From Oscillospiraceae bacterium (GTDB lineage: Bacteria > Bacillota > Clostridia > Lachnospirales > Lachnospiraceae), in the NCBI GenBank assembly GCA_963617415.1, contig CAVEOK010000007.1, positions 11,692 to 75,691 of the forward strand: a DNA stretch of 64,000 nt. Reading direction: 5' to 3'. Made by a program: the position numbers and the translations under genes. A model generated the notes under the pieces. That model had not been told where the DNA came from and did no database searches. It saw nothing but the letters and a program-made list of their open reading frames with translations. Positions 28,084 through 37,675 of this stretch are shown here, piece by piece (position 1 is the first letter of the stretch; every line of letters starts with the position of its first letter).

Positions 28084-29338
28084 AAGCGACTATCTGGCTG
28101 GATTATCCCTGATCTTATCGGTTCTGTCTGTTTATGCCCTGCTTTTCGCCTTGGAGCCGGTTACTTATAGCTATAAGAGTATCAGCTTAAAGCTTATACC
28201 CATGATGCTCTTGCTGGCAGCAGCCTTTTTACTAGACAGATGGCTGCTTACCCATAGGGTAAATCTGACCCTCTTTCTGGCTTTGCAGATTCTCTTTATG
28301 GCAGCAGCAGCCCGCTTGTTTTTCTATGTCCTGCATATGGATCCGATCAAGCCTGGCAAAGTGCTTTTCTTTTGTATTTTTTATACCATTCTGTTTCTGA
28401 TCGCCGTTTATATTGCTTATTTTCCGGTGAGAATGCCGGTTATACTGGGCTGCTTTGATGTGATGGCCTTTTTGCTGATCGTCAGCTTGGCAATTAGCAG
28501 GCAGGAGCCGACTTCTTTATTGCTTCAGACAACAGAGCTATGCCTTTTTTCCATGATTCTGTCTTTGCTTACACTGATCCAGATGAGAACAGAGCAGATC
28601 GCGGAGCATGGGGGCATTGTCGGCTCCTCACTTGCTGGGAAGATGACCATGCTTCTTTTCCTCCTGATCCTTGCTGCTTTGGCCCTGCTTTTTGCGGCTC
28701 TTTCCAAAAGCGGAAGCTATCTGGCCGGAAGGACAGCGAAGGATGCCATTTGGGGAGGCCTTGGAGGAATAGGAGGACTTGCTTCTTTTCTCTATCAGAA
28801 GAGCGAAGCTTTTTTCATCTGGCTTTTTCGTTTTCTGCATGTGGAAATGCCGCAGACTGCAGCGGAATCAGCGGATTCTGTGGTAGCTGCGACGGCTTCG
28901 GCAACGGAAAGCGGCAAATTGGAGCTTCCTTTCTGGATCAGACCGCTGGGAGTCGGACTTCTTCTTTTTGGACTTGCCTTTTTCCTTTTCAGGATCAGGC
29001 ATATTCATTTTGAAAGGACTGAGGAAGGGGAAGAAAAAAGAAAAAAGAGTGTGCAGAAAAGCGGAAGCAGCGGAGCTTATTACAAGGGACTTCTTGCACA
29101 GCTGCTTTCCGGGATTCATTTTCGAATAGAGTGCCGGAAAAAGAAAAATACACCGGAGGGAAGGTATCTTCTGATCGAAAGAGCCTATCGGAAGTCTGAT
29201 CCGAGGCAGATGTCTCAGAGCGGCCCGGAATATCTTCGGATGCTGGCAGAAAAGGAAGAAGATCAGGAAAAGGCAGAAGACTTTTTGCGGCTGGCAGATC
29301 TTCTGGAAAAGTCCCTCTATGACCGGAGGGAAAAATAA
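28073..29338 (+). CDS. polytopic membrane protein with a DUF4129-like C-terminal region
   Basis: About 8 TM segments. The C-terminal soluble part (PEYLRMLAEK...FLRLADLLEKSLYDRRE) resembles DUF4129. It is the third gene of the MoxR-DUF58 unit and overlaps the previous gene by 11 nt. Confidence 0.5.
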   Translation: MNRKSDYLAGLSLILSVLSVYALLFALEPVTYSYKSISLKLIPMMLLLAAAFLLDRWLLTHRVNLTLFLALQILFMAAAARLFFYVLHMDPIKPGKVLFFCIFYTILFLIAVYIAYFPVRMPVILGCFDVMAFLLIVSLAISRQEPTSLLLQTTELCLFSMILSLLTLIQMRTEQIAEHGGIVGSSLAGKMTMLLFLLILAALALLFAALSKSGSYLAGRTAKDAIWGGLGGIGGLASFLYQKSEAFFIWLFRFLHVEMPQTAAESADSVVAATASATESGKLELPFWIRPLGVGLLLFGLAFFLFRIRHIHFERTEEGEEKRKKSVQKSGSSGAYYKGLLAQLLSGIHFRIECRKKKNTPEGRYLLIERAYRKSDPRQMSQSGPEYLRMLAEKEEDQEKAEDFLRLADLLEKSLYDRREK

Positions 29339-29349
29339 AGCGATTAAAT

Positions 29350-29450
29350 AAGGGACTGTCGCACTAACGTAATTCATGCAAAATGAGGATATAAGATATG
29401 TTGTAAATAACCACATTTTGTTTGAATAGTATTAGTGCGACAGTCCCCTT
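29350..29450. repeat. perfect 16-bp inverted repeat with a 64-nt AT-rich spacer
   Basis: GGGACTGTCGCACTAA (29352-29367) and TTAGTGCGACAGTCCC (29432-47), between convergent genes. Confidence 0.8.
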
Positions 29451-29504
29451 TATAAAGTAAGTATATGAACTATAAAAGAGGTATAAATACAAGGTGTATT
29501 TTTA

Positions 29505-29846
29505 TCAGTCTTTAAAAGCATCCAGATTATCCAGAATCTTTCCGCCGATCTGGCAGGCAGGGCAGATGCAGTATTTTGCGCCATCTTCCTTTGCCTTCTT
29601 TGCAGAAGCATTCATATTTTTTGCACCCTCTTCTCCAAAGATCTGGATTCCGGCTTCAGATCCGGTTAAATCGATCAGTTCGTCAATCAGAGTAACGCTG
29701 TCCTTCAAGGATGCGATCAGGGCAGAGGCTGCATCTGCGTCATCCGGAGCAGAGAGCCATTTGTCGGCAGCTGCCTTCAGATTCGGATTGCAGGAGCCTG
29801 CTTCTGTAAGTTCTTTTACACTTGTCATTAATTCTTCTTTTGTCAT
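29505..29846 (-). CDS. hypothetical small acidic protein with a C-terminal CxCPAC motif
   Basis: 113-aa ORF ending ...AKYCICPACQIGGKILDNLDAFKD. Family not recognised. Confidence 0.5.
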   Translation of the reverse strand: MTKEELMTSVKELTEAGSCNPNLKAAADKWLSAPDDADAASALIASLKDSVTLIDELIDLTGSEAGIQIFGEEGAKNMNASAKKAKEDGAKYCICPACQIGGKILDNLDAFKD

Positions 29847-30209
29847 GATTTTATGACCTCCCTTTCATTTTTCAGCATATCTGCATAGTATCAGAGAAAG
29901 GCTAATAGAATAAGTATAAGTATTCTTAGCTTCTCATCTTGCAAAGCTATGATATTGTTGTGTGTAAACAGTTACATTATATCATTTCATTGATGAGAAG
30001 GGGAATGAGCAGAAAGAAAAATTTATTGCTGTGAAGGGAGTGTAGCCTAAGCGCTTGCAAGCAGGATTCTTTTATGTTTTTTCGAAGAATAGTGTGATAA
30101 AATCAATAAGTTAGGGAACTGGTGATTAAATCAGCAATTTCCTAGAGTCGTATGAGACAGAAAAGAGGTTGCTGTTCACTTTGTTTACAGTAACAGGGAT
30201 AGGTAAGAT

Positions 30210-30875
30210 ATGGCATATTTTCCAATGTTTATCAATATAGAGGAAGAAGACTGTCTTTTGATCGGAGGCGGCAGGGTTGCCTTGAGAAAGCTGGAGTATT
30301 TACAGGATTTCGGCGCCAGGGTTACGGTCCTTGCAAAGGAAGTCCTTCCCGAAATCAGGAAAAAACCGAATATTCGTCTTATAGAAAAAAGCTATGAGGA
30401 GGCAGATATTCTTCTGGAGGATTACCTGCTGGTCATTCTGGCGACGGATGACGGTGCTTTTAACCGGCAGATCACAAGGCTTTGCAGGGAAAAAAGAATT
30501 CCGGTCAATGTTGTTGATCAGCCAAAGGAATGCAGCTTTATCCTGCCGGCCTATCTGAAGGAGGAGAATCTTCTGGCTGCCTTTTCTACGGGTGGGGATA
30601 GTCCCGTCGTGGCTCAGTATCTGAAGGAAAAGAACAGGTCTCTTCTTACCCCCTGGCTGGGCAGACTGACAAGCTATCTGGGCAGTCTTCGTCCCAAGGT
30701 GAAGGAAGCTCTTCAGACTATGGAAGAGAGAAAGGCCCTTTATCAAAAGGTGCTTGATACCGGATTAAAGGAAAAAAGGCTTCTTTCTTTGGAGGAGGCT
30801 CTGAAAGCATGTGCGGAAGAGATGCAGACAGGAGAAAGGCAGGAAAAGCATGAAGCTTCTGATGGTGGGAATTGA
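30210..30875 (+). CDS. precorrin-2 dehydrogenase / sirohydrochlorin ferrochelatase (siroheme synthase N-terminal-domain type)
   Basis: MAYFPMFINIEEEDCLLIGGGRVALRK Rossmann start, typical of the SirC / CysG-N / Met8 family. Confidence 0.85.
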   Translation: MAYFPMFINIEEEDCLLIGGGRVALRKLEYLQDFGARVTVLAKEVLPEIRKKPNIRLIEKSYEEADILLEDYLLVILATDDGAFNRQITRLCREKRIPVNVVDQPKECSFILPAYLKEENLLAAFSTGGDSPVVAQYLKEKNRSLLTPWLGRLTSYLGSLRPKVKEALQTMEERKALYQKVLDTGLKEKRLLSLEEALKACAEEMQTGERQEKHEASDGGN

Positions 30876-32076
30876 TTATGAAAAAGCACCTCTTGATATC
30901 AGAGCAGCTTTTTCCTTTCAAAAAAAAGAAACAGTGGTGGCTTTGGAAGGGCTGATGGACAAAGAGCAGATCGCGGGATCCCTCTTGCTTTCCACCTGCA
31001 ACAGAACAGAATTATACCTGTCGGCAGAAGAGGACTTTTGCCAGCCGGAGAGCCTTTTCTGTGAGCTGGCAGGACTGGAAGAAGAGAAATATAAGGCATA
31101 TATGATCTGCAGGGAGGGAGAGATGCTGGTAGATCATCTCTTTCAGCTTTCCTGCGGCATGAAATCCCGGGTATTTGGAGAGGATCAGATCATTTCCCAG
31201 ATCAGGGAAGCCCTGGAACTGGCAAGGGAAGCAAAAGCAACCGACTATTTCCTGGAAAAGCTTTTCCTGGCAGCAATTACGGTAGGAAAAAAGGTCAGAT
31301 CCTCTGTCAGACTGACCTCTGTGAAAAGCTCTGTGGTAAGCAGCATGATCGAGCTTTTGGAGAAAGAATATGAAGATTTCTCTTCTTTTCGCTGCATGGT
31401 GATCGGCAATGGCGAGATTGGCCGTTTGGCGGCAAAAAGCTTAAAGGAAAAGGGGGCAGAGGTTCTGGTGACGGTTCGGAATTATAAGACCAGACAGGTT
31501 GAAATTCCGGAGGGCTGCAGGATCATTGGCTATAAAGAACGCTATGAGCAAATGGCGGACTATGATCTGATTCTGAGTGCCACGAGAAGCCCTCATTATA
31601 CCCTGACCTATGAAGAGGGAAGAAAGCTCTTTCAGGATGGGAAAAGGCGGATTTTGGTTGATCTTGCGGTACCGAGGGATATTGAAGAAAAGCTAGCCGA
31701 GATCGAGGGTATTTGTTTATATGACATTGACCAGATCGGGAATCCGGGAAAAGAAGAGGATGATCAGGCTCTTCTTCAGGCCATGGAACTGATCGAGGAG
31801 CAGAAGAAGCTCCTTCAGCAGGAGCTGAATGTTCGTGGTTATGTGGATAAGGTGGAACTGATCAGTCAAAACGGTGGAGAACTCACCTACAGGAGAGCAG
31901 AGAAGGAGCTTATGGCTGCTCTGGAGAAGCAGGACGAGGCCTTACTTCATGCTGCAGTCGGACAGGCGGCAAAAAAGACATTGTCTGCCGTGATCTTCAG
32001 TCTGAAGAAGGTTCTCTCCCAGGAAGAATGGGAGGCTTGTGTAGAAGAGCTGGAGGAGAAGCTGGAAGCTTTTTAA
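30850..32076 (+). CDS. hemA: glutamyl-tRNA reductase
   Basis: MKLLMVGIDYEKAPLDIRAAFSF start, STCNRTELY active-site Cys, and a GNGEIG NADPH site. It overlaps the upstream gene by 26 nt. Confidence 0.9.
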   Translation: MKLLMVGIDYEKAPLDIRAAFSFQKKETVVALEGLMDKEQIAGSLLLSTCNRTELYLSAEEDFCQPESLFCELAGLEEEKYKAYMICREGEMLVDHLFQLSCGMKSRVFGEDQIISQIREALELAREAKATDYFLEKLFLAAITVGKKVRSSVRLTSVKSSVVSSMIELLEKEYEDFSSFRCMVIGNGEIGRLAAKSLKEKGAEVLVTVRNYKTRQVEIPEGCRIIGYKERYEQMADYDLILSATRSPHYTLTYEEGRKLFQDGKRRILVDLAVPRDIEEKLAEIEGICLYDIDQIGNPGKEEDDQALLQAMELIEEQKKLLQQELNVRGYVDKVELISQNGGELTYRRAEKELMAALEKQDEALLHAAVGQAAKKTLSAVIFSLKKVLSQEEWEACVEELEEKLEAF

Positions 32077-32098
32077 CTCATTTCGGAAGGAAAGACGG

Positions 32099-33028
32099 AT
32101 GAAAAAGAAAATTCGTGTCGGCAGCAGGGAAAGCAGACTTGCAGTTGCCCAAACAGAAGAAATTCTGGAGAAGGTCAGAGCCTTTCATCCGGAGCTGGAA
32201 ATCGAATTGGTTACCATGAAAACGACGGGAGACAGGATTCTGGACCGGAATCTGGATCAGATCGGAGGCAAGGGCCTTTTTGTAAAGGAATTGGATAAGG
32301 CTCTGTTGGAAGGCCGGGTGGATCTGACTATCCACAGTCTGAAGGACCTGCCCATGGAGCAGGCGGAGGAGCTGCCCATTATCGGTTATTCCCAGAGAAG
32401 GGATCCGCGTGATGTCATGATCCTGAGAGAAAAGAGCATGAGGACTGAGGAGATCCGGCTGATCGGAAGCTCCAGCAATAGGAGGAGGCTGCAGCTGCAA
32501 AGACTCTATCCTCAGGCTGAATTTCGGGGAATACGTGGAAATGTGCAGACCAGACTCAAAAAGCTGGCGGAGGAGGGCTATGATGCAACCATCCTGGCCA
32601 TGGCCGGTTTATCCCGTCTGGGAATGGAGCATCTGGCAGACCGGATCTTTTCGGTAGAAGAAGTCATTCCGGCAGCAGGTCAGGGAATCCTTGTTTTTCA
32701 GGGAAGAAGGGGCGAGGATTATTCCTTCCTGCAGGAGGCCTGTGATGAGGCATCAAAATATGCAGCCCTGGCAGAAAGAGCCTTTGTAAGGAAGCTGGAT
32801 GGAGGCTGTTCCTCTCCGGTTGCGGCCTATGCCGAAATCAAAGGAAAGAAAATCCTGCTGAGGGGGCTCTATTACGATGAGGCTGAGGAAGACTATATCA
32901 TCGGGAAAAAGGAAGGCAATGTCGATGAGGCCGGGAAACTTGGCTTAGCTCTTGCAGCAGAATTAAAGGAAAGCTATGCCCGGAAAAAAGGGCGGCAGGG
33001 AAGAAAAGAGGAAAAAGAAGGCAGATGA
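32099..33028 (+). CDS. hemC: hydroxymethylbilane synthase (porphobilinogen deaminase)
   Basis: IRVGSRESRLAVAQT, HSLKDLP, and LDGGCSSPVAAYA (cofactor-binding Cys). Confidence 0.95.
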   Translation: MKKKIRVGSRESRLAVAQTEEILEKVRAFHPELEIELVTMKTTGDRILDRNLDQIGGKGLFVKELDKALLEGRVDLTIHSLKDLPMEQAEELPIIGYSQRRDPRDVMILREKSMRTEEIRLIGSSSNRRRLQLQRLYPQAEFRGIRGNVQTRLKKLAEEGYDATILAMAGLSRLGMEHLADRIFSVEEVIPAAGQGILVFQGRRGEDYSFLQEACDEASKYAALAERAFVRKLDGGCSSPVAAYAEIKGKKILLRGLYYDEAEEDYIIGKKEGNVDEAGKLGLALAAELKESYARKKGRQGRKEEKEGR

Positions 33029-34566
33029 AAGAGGAAAAAAAGGGAAAGGTATGGCTGGTAGGGGCCGGTCCGGGAGACGGTGGACTTCTCACGGAAAAGG
33101 CCCTTGCTCTGATCGGACTTGCAGATACAATCGTATATGATGCCTTGATTTCCTTAGAGATCATTGCCTCTCTTCCCCCGGAGGCTGAGCTGATCGATGT
33201 GGGAAAAAGAGCAGGCCGCCATCCGGTGCCTCAGGAAGAAATTAACCGGATTTTGTGCGAAAAGGCAAAGGAAGGGAAAAAGGTGCTTCGCCTGAAGGGA
33301 GGAGATCCCTTTGTATTCGGCAGAGGCGGAGAGGAGCTTGCTCTTTTGGTAAAGGAGCAGATTCCCTTCGAGATTGTGCCCGGAATCAGCTCGGCAGTTG
33401 CGGTTCCTGCCTATAACGGTATTCCGGTCACCCACCGGGATTACAGTTCTTCCTTTCATGTGATCACCGGACACAAGAAGAAGGACGGCAGCCTGGATAT
33501 TGATTTTGAAGCTCTGGTCAGGCTGAAGGCAAGCCTGGTCTTTCTGATGGGCTTATCCGAGCTGGAAACGATCTGCCGAAAGTTACTGGAAGGCGGGATG
33601 GATCCGGATATGCCATGTGCAATTTTAGAAAAGGGCACGACAGCGGAGCAGAGAAGGGTGCGGGCAAGCCTGTCCGCTTTAAAAGAAGCTGCGGATAAAG
33701 CAGGGCTGCAGGGGCCTGCCATTATCATTGTGGGAAGGGTCTGCCAGCTGGAAGAGAACTTTTCCTGGTATGAAAAAAAGCCCCTTTTTGGCAGACAGAT
33801 CTTAAATACCAGACCAAGACAGGCAAGTGCAGAGCTTAGCAGAAGACTGCGGCATCTTGGAGCTCAGGTGATTGCATATCCGACGATTGAAACAGAGCCC
33901 TTGTCTTCTTTTGAGGAAGACTATCAGGAGATGAGAAGGGAAAAGCGGCCGCTTTGCCTGGCTTTTACCTCCTCCCGGGGTGTAGAATATTTCTTTGCAG
34001 AGCTGAGAAGAAGGGGACATGATCTGAGAGAGCTTCTGGGAAAAAAGAAGCTGTCCTTTGCCGTGATCGGCGAGGCGACAGGCAGAAGTCTGCAGGCCTA
34101 TGGAATCTTTGCGGATTATATGCCAAAAAGCTACTCGGCAGAGGCCCTTGGCAGGCTTTTGGCAGAAAAGATCCCCAAGGACGGGATGGTATATCTTTAC
34201 CGGGCCAGGGAGGGATCGCAGAAGATCATAGAGGTTTTTGAGGAAGCGGGTATAGCATACAGGGATGTTCCGGTTTATCAGACCCTTTACAGAAAAAGAG
34301 ATCAGGTCGGAGAGAAAATTTATCAGGCCCTTGCAGAAGGTAGAATTCATGCAGTGACCTTTACCAGTGCTTCTACGGTAGAGGGCTTTGTAAGATGCTT
34401 TGAGGGACTGGACTTTGGCAGTCTTTTGGCTTTTTGTATCGGAGAGCAGACAGCCGAAAGAGCAAGGCAGTACGGCTTTCAGATCAGGTTTGCAAAAGAG
34501 GCTACGATGGACAGCCTGTCAGACTGCATTTTAGCGCAGTATGAGTCTAAGCTCCAACTAGGTTAA
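33025..34566 (+). CDS. bifunctional uroporphyrinogen-III C-methyltransferase / uroporphyrinogen-III synthase
   Basis: N-terminal SUMT motifs (VWLVGAGPGDGGLLT, LKGGDPFVFGRGGEE). The C-terminal ~250 aa are HemD-like. Confidence 0.9.
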   Translation: MKEEKKGKVWLVGAGPGDGGLLTEKALALIGLADTIVYDALISLEIIASLPPEAELIDVGKRAGRHPVPQEEINRILCEKAKEGKKVLRLKGGDPFVFGRGGEELALLVKEQIPFEIVPGISSAVAVPAYNGIPVTHRDYSSSFHVITGHKKKDGSLDIDFEALVRLKASLVFLMGLSELETICRKLLEGGMDPDMPCAILEKGTTAEQRRVRASLSALKEAADKAGLQGPAIIIVGRVCQLEENFSWYEKKPLFGRQILNTRPRQASAELSRRLRHLGAQVIAYPTIETEPLSSFEEDYQEMRREKRPLCLAFTSSRGVEYFFAELRRRGHDLRELLGKKKLSFAVIGEATGRSLQAYGIFADYMPKSYSAEALGRLLAEKIPKDGMVYLYRAREGSQKIIEVFEEAGIAYRDVPVYQTLYRKRDQVGEKIYQALAEGRIHAVTFTSASTVEGFVRCFEGLDFGSLLAFCIGEQTAERARQYGFQIRFAKEATMDSLSDCILAQYESKLQLG

Positions 34567-34651
34567 ACGCTCCGAGAGAGTCTTGACAGGAGCTGTTTTA
34601 ATATATGCAAAATATATGCAAACCCGGCAAAAAGAAGATGGGAGATAAGAA

Positions 34652-35635
34652 ATGAATTTGATAGAAAGACCCAGAAGACTCAGAACGAGTCCTCTGTTAC
34701 GCCAGATGGTAAGAGAAACAAGGGTATCGGCAGACAGTCTGATCTATCCTATTTTTGCAGAAGAAGGAGAGAACATTAAGGAAGAAATCTCGGCTATGCC
34801 GGGACAGTACCGCTACAGTCCGGACCGGATCAGAGAAGAGCTGGACCGGATCAGTGATGCGGGAGTAAAGAGCATTCTGCTCTTTGGCATTCCTAAGCAG
34901 AAGGATGAGATCGGAAGCTCTGCATGGGATCAGGAAGGCATTGTACAGGAGACCCTTCGTTATATCAAAAAGGAATATCCGCATCTTTTTTGTATTACCG
35001 ATGTCTGTATGTGTGAATATACCTCCCATGGCCACTGCGGCATTCTTTGTGACCATGGAGTTGATAATGACAAGACTTTGGAAGTTCTTAGCAGGACAGC
35101 CCTTTCTCATGTGCAGGCCGGTGCGGATATGGTGGCTCCCTCTGATATGATGGATGGAAGAATTGCCGCCATTAGAGCAGTTTTGGATGAGCATGCCTAT
35201 ACAAATACTCCTATCATGTCCTATGCGGTCAAATATGCATCCTCCTTCTACGGCCCCTTCCGGACAGCGGCGGATTCGGCGCCGGCCTTTGGAGACCGAA
35301 AGGGCTATCAGATGGATTACCATAACCGGAAGGAGGCGCTCAAGGAAGCACTTCTGGATGACCGGGAGGGAGCAGATATTCTGATGGTAAAGCCGGCCCT
35401 TTCCTATCTGGATATTGTAAGGGAGGTTTCAAATCAGACCAATAAGCCCCTTGCAACCTATAGTGTCAGCGGCGAGTATGCTATGATCAAGGCAGCTGCT
35501 ATGGCAGGTTATATTGATGAGAAGGCAATTGTATGTGAATCGGCGATTTCCATGTATCGTGCAGGCGCAGATCTGCTGATCACTTATTACGCAAAGGAGC
35601 TTGCACAGTATATCAAAGAAGGATACATCGGATAA
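34652..35635 (+). CDS. hemB: porphobilinogen synthase (ALA dehydratase)
   Basis: RPRRLR start, cysteine-rich Zn site CMCEYTSHGHCG, and active-site Lys regions. Confidence 0.95.
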   Translation: MNLIERPRRLRTSPLLRQMVRETRVSADSLIYPIFAEEGENIKEEISAMPGQYRYSPDRIREELDRISDAGVKSILLFGIPKQKDEIGSSAWDQEGIVQETLRYIKKEYPHLFCITDVCMCEYTSHGHCGILCDHGVDNDKTLEVLSRTALSHVQAGADMVAPSDMMDGRIAAIRAVLDEHAYTNTPIMSYAVKYASSFYGPFRTAADSAPAFGDRKGYQMDYHNRKEALKEALLDDREGADILMVKPALSYLDIVREVSNQTNKPLATYSVSGEYAMIKAAAMAGYIDEKAIVCESAISMYRAGADLLITYYAKELAQYIKEGYIG

Positions 35636-36921
35636 TGAAAAGAGACAGATCAGAAGAATTATTTAAGAGAGCAGTTCAGGTGATACCGGGCGGTGTCAAC
35701 AGTCCGGTCAGAGCCTTTGGCCCGGTGGGTGGAAAGCCGGTTTTTATTGAGAAAGCCAATGGACAGTATCTTTATGATACGGATGGCAATCAATACACCG
35801 ACTATATCGGTTCCTGGGGACCGATGATACTGGGACATAATGATGAGAGAGTCGTGGAAGCGATCAGAAAGCAGCTAGAACAAGGCGTCAGCTATGGGGC
35901 GACAACGGAGCTGGAAGTCGAAATGGCAGAGCTTATGTGCAGCTTGGTGCCTTCTCTGGAAATGGTCAGAATGGTAAATTCCGGAACAGAAGCGGTTATG
36001 AGTGCGATCAGGACGGCTCGTGGCTTTACCGGTAAAAATAAGGTGATAAAGTTCGAAGGATGTTATCATGGCCATTCAGATGGGCTTTTGGTAAAGGCCG
36101 GAAGCGGCGTCATGACATCCGGCGTGCCCAGCAGTGCCGGCATCAGTCCGAATTGTGTGAAGGATACCTTAAGTGCCGTATATAATGACCTGAAAAGTGT
36201 AAAGAGACTCTTTGAAGAAAATAAGAATGAGATTGCCTGCCTGGTTGTAGAACCGGTTGCAGCCAATATGGGCGTTGTGCTTCCGGAGAAAGGCTTTTTG
36301 CAGGGCTTAAGAGAGCTTTGCGATAAAGAAGGCGCTCTTTTGATCTTTGACGAGGTGATCACAGGTTTTCGCCTTGCCCTGGGAGGCGCTTCCGAATACT
36401 TTAATGTAAGGCCGGATCTTCTTACCTATGGCAAGATCATAGGCGGCGGTCTGCCGGTCGGTGCTTACGGCGGAAGAAAGGATGTTATGCAGGTAGTGGC
36501 TCCTTCGGGACCTGTCTATCAGGCCGGTACCTTAAGCGGTAATCCCCTGGCAATGGCAGCAGGAATCAGCCAGCTGCAGATTCTGGAGAAGAATCCGCAG
36601 ATCTATGATGACTTAGAGAAGCTGGGAGAGCAGTTCAGACAGGGAGCGAAAAAGGCAGCAGCTTCTGCCGGAATTTCCTGTCAGGTTACAGGAATTGCTT
36701 CTTTATCCTGCATCTACTTTGCAGAAGAGCCGGTTCGGGATTATGAAAGCGCAAACCGTTCGGACACGGAAAAATTTGCAGTCTACTATCAGAAAATGCT
36801 GGAAAAGGGCAATTATTTCGGACCAAGTCAGTTTGAATCCGTCTTCCTTTCTGCGGCACATACAGAGGCAGATATTGAGAAGACGCTTGCAGATATGCAG
36901 AAGGTAATGAAAGCGTTCTAA
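35635..36921 (+). CDS. hemL: glutamate-1-semialdehyde 2,1-aminomutase
   Basis: IPGGVNSPVRAF, FDEVITGFR and YGKIIGGGLP (PLP Lys). Confidence 0.95.
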   Translation: MKRDRSEELFKRAVQVIPGGVNSPVRAFGPVGGKPVFIEKANGQYLYDTDGNQYTDYIGSWGPMILGHNDERVVEAIRKQLEQGVSYGATTELEVEMAELMCSLVPSLEMVRMVNSGTEAVMSAIRTARGFTGKNKVIKFEGCYHGHSDGLLVKAGSGVMTSGVPSSAGISPNCVKDTLSAVYNDLKSVKRLFEENKNEIACLVVEPVAANMGVVLPEKGFLQGLRELCDKEGALLIFDEVITGFRLALGGASEYFNVRPDLLTYGKIIGGGLPVGAYGGRKDVMQVVAPSGPVYQAGTLSGNPLAMAAGISQLQILEKNPQIYDDLEKLGEQFRQGAKKAAASAGISCQVTGIASLSCIYFAEEPVRDYESANRSDTEKFAVYYQKMLEKGNYFGPSQFESVFLSAAHTEADIEKTLADMQKVMKAF

Positions 36922-37004
36922 GGGAATTTCTAAGGAAATATTGATAAAAATGCTCCGCGGGCGGAGAATGCTATTAAGTGGAAAGATAAGCATTTTGGTG
37001 AAGA

Positions 37005-37619
37005 ATGATGACAGAAGAAAGCAGAAAAAGGCTGGAGAAGCAGATTCAGTTTATTTTGGAAATTGACAATGAGAAGAATATCTTCCGACAGACCTCTCTG
37101 ACCGGAAGGATCCGGAAGGAAAACGATGCGGAGCATGCCTGGCATATGGCGATTATGACCTATCTGCTCCGGGAATATGCCAATGAGCCCTTTGATCTGG
37201 CGCATACCATGATGATGTGTCTGATTCATGATATCGTAGAGATTGATGCTGGTGATACCTATGCCTATGATGAGGAAAATAAGAAATCACAGAAGGAAAG
37301 AGAAGAGAAGGCGGCAGAAAGAATCTTCAGCATTCTTCCGGAGGATCAGAAAAAAGAAATCTATGATCTTTTCGAAGAATTCGAAGCAAATGAAACGGCA
37401 GAGGCCCGCTTTGCCCATGCAATGGACAATTTCCAGCCTCTCCTGCTCAATGATTTCAACGACGGAGGAGACTGGCAGGAGCATCAGGTGACAAGAAAGC
37501 AGGTAGACGGCAGACAGAGCGGAAGCCTTGCCGGCTCAAAGGTCATTTATGAAAAGACCATGGAAATCCTGGATAAGCATGAAGCAGCAGGACATTTCAG
37601 GAAAGAGGAAGAGAGTTAA
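37005..37619 (+). CDS. HD-domain phosphohydrolase (YfbR-like 5'-nucleotidase family)
   Basis: ENDAEHAWHMA and LIHDIVEIDAGD motifs (H...HD...D). Confidence 0.8.
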   Translation: MMTEESRKRLEKQIQFILEIDNEKNIFRQTSLTGRIRKENDAEHAWHMAIMTYLLREYANEPFDLAHTMMMCLIHDIVEIDAGDTYAYDEENKKSQKEREEKAAERIFSILPEDQKKEIYDLFEEFEANETAEARFAHAMDNFQPLLLNDFNDGGDWQEHQVTRKQVDGRQSGSLAGSKVIYEKTMEILDKHEAAGHFRKEEES

Positions 37620-37675
37620 GGAAAAGCTCAAAGATTTGCAAGCGAGTCTTGACAGAGAAAAAGAGAGGAAAAGAG

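Noticed and set aside
30111-30209. A possible cobalamin riboswitch in the hem/siroheme operon leader (TTAGGGAACTGGTGATTAAATCAGCA resembles the AGGGAA...GGUG...AAAUC core).
   Set aside because: The B12 box (GCCACUG-type) and the downstream conserved CNACUGUAA-like elements are not present (only ACAGTAA and GTTCACT). The segment is only about 100 nt and no terminator or RBS-sequestering helix is evident. This is too weak to call without a covariance-model scan.
34600-34621. A perfect tandem 11-bp repeat ATATATGCAAA x2, with a nearby TTGACA (34582), between cobA/hemD and hemB.
   Set aside because: It has only two units and is AT-rich. No -10 element is correctly spaced from the TTGACA. It is most simply a small slippage duplication in an intra-operon spacer.
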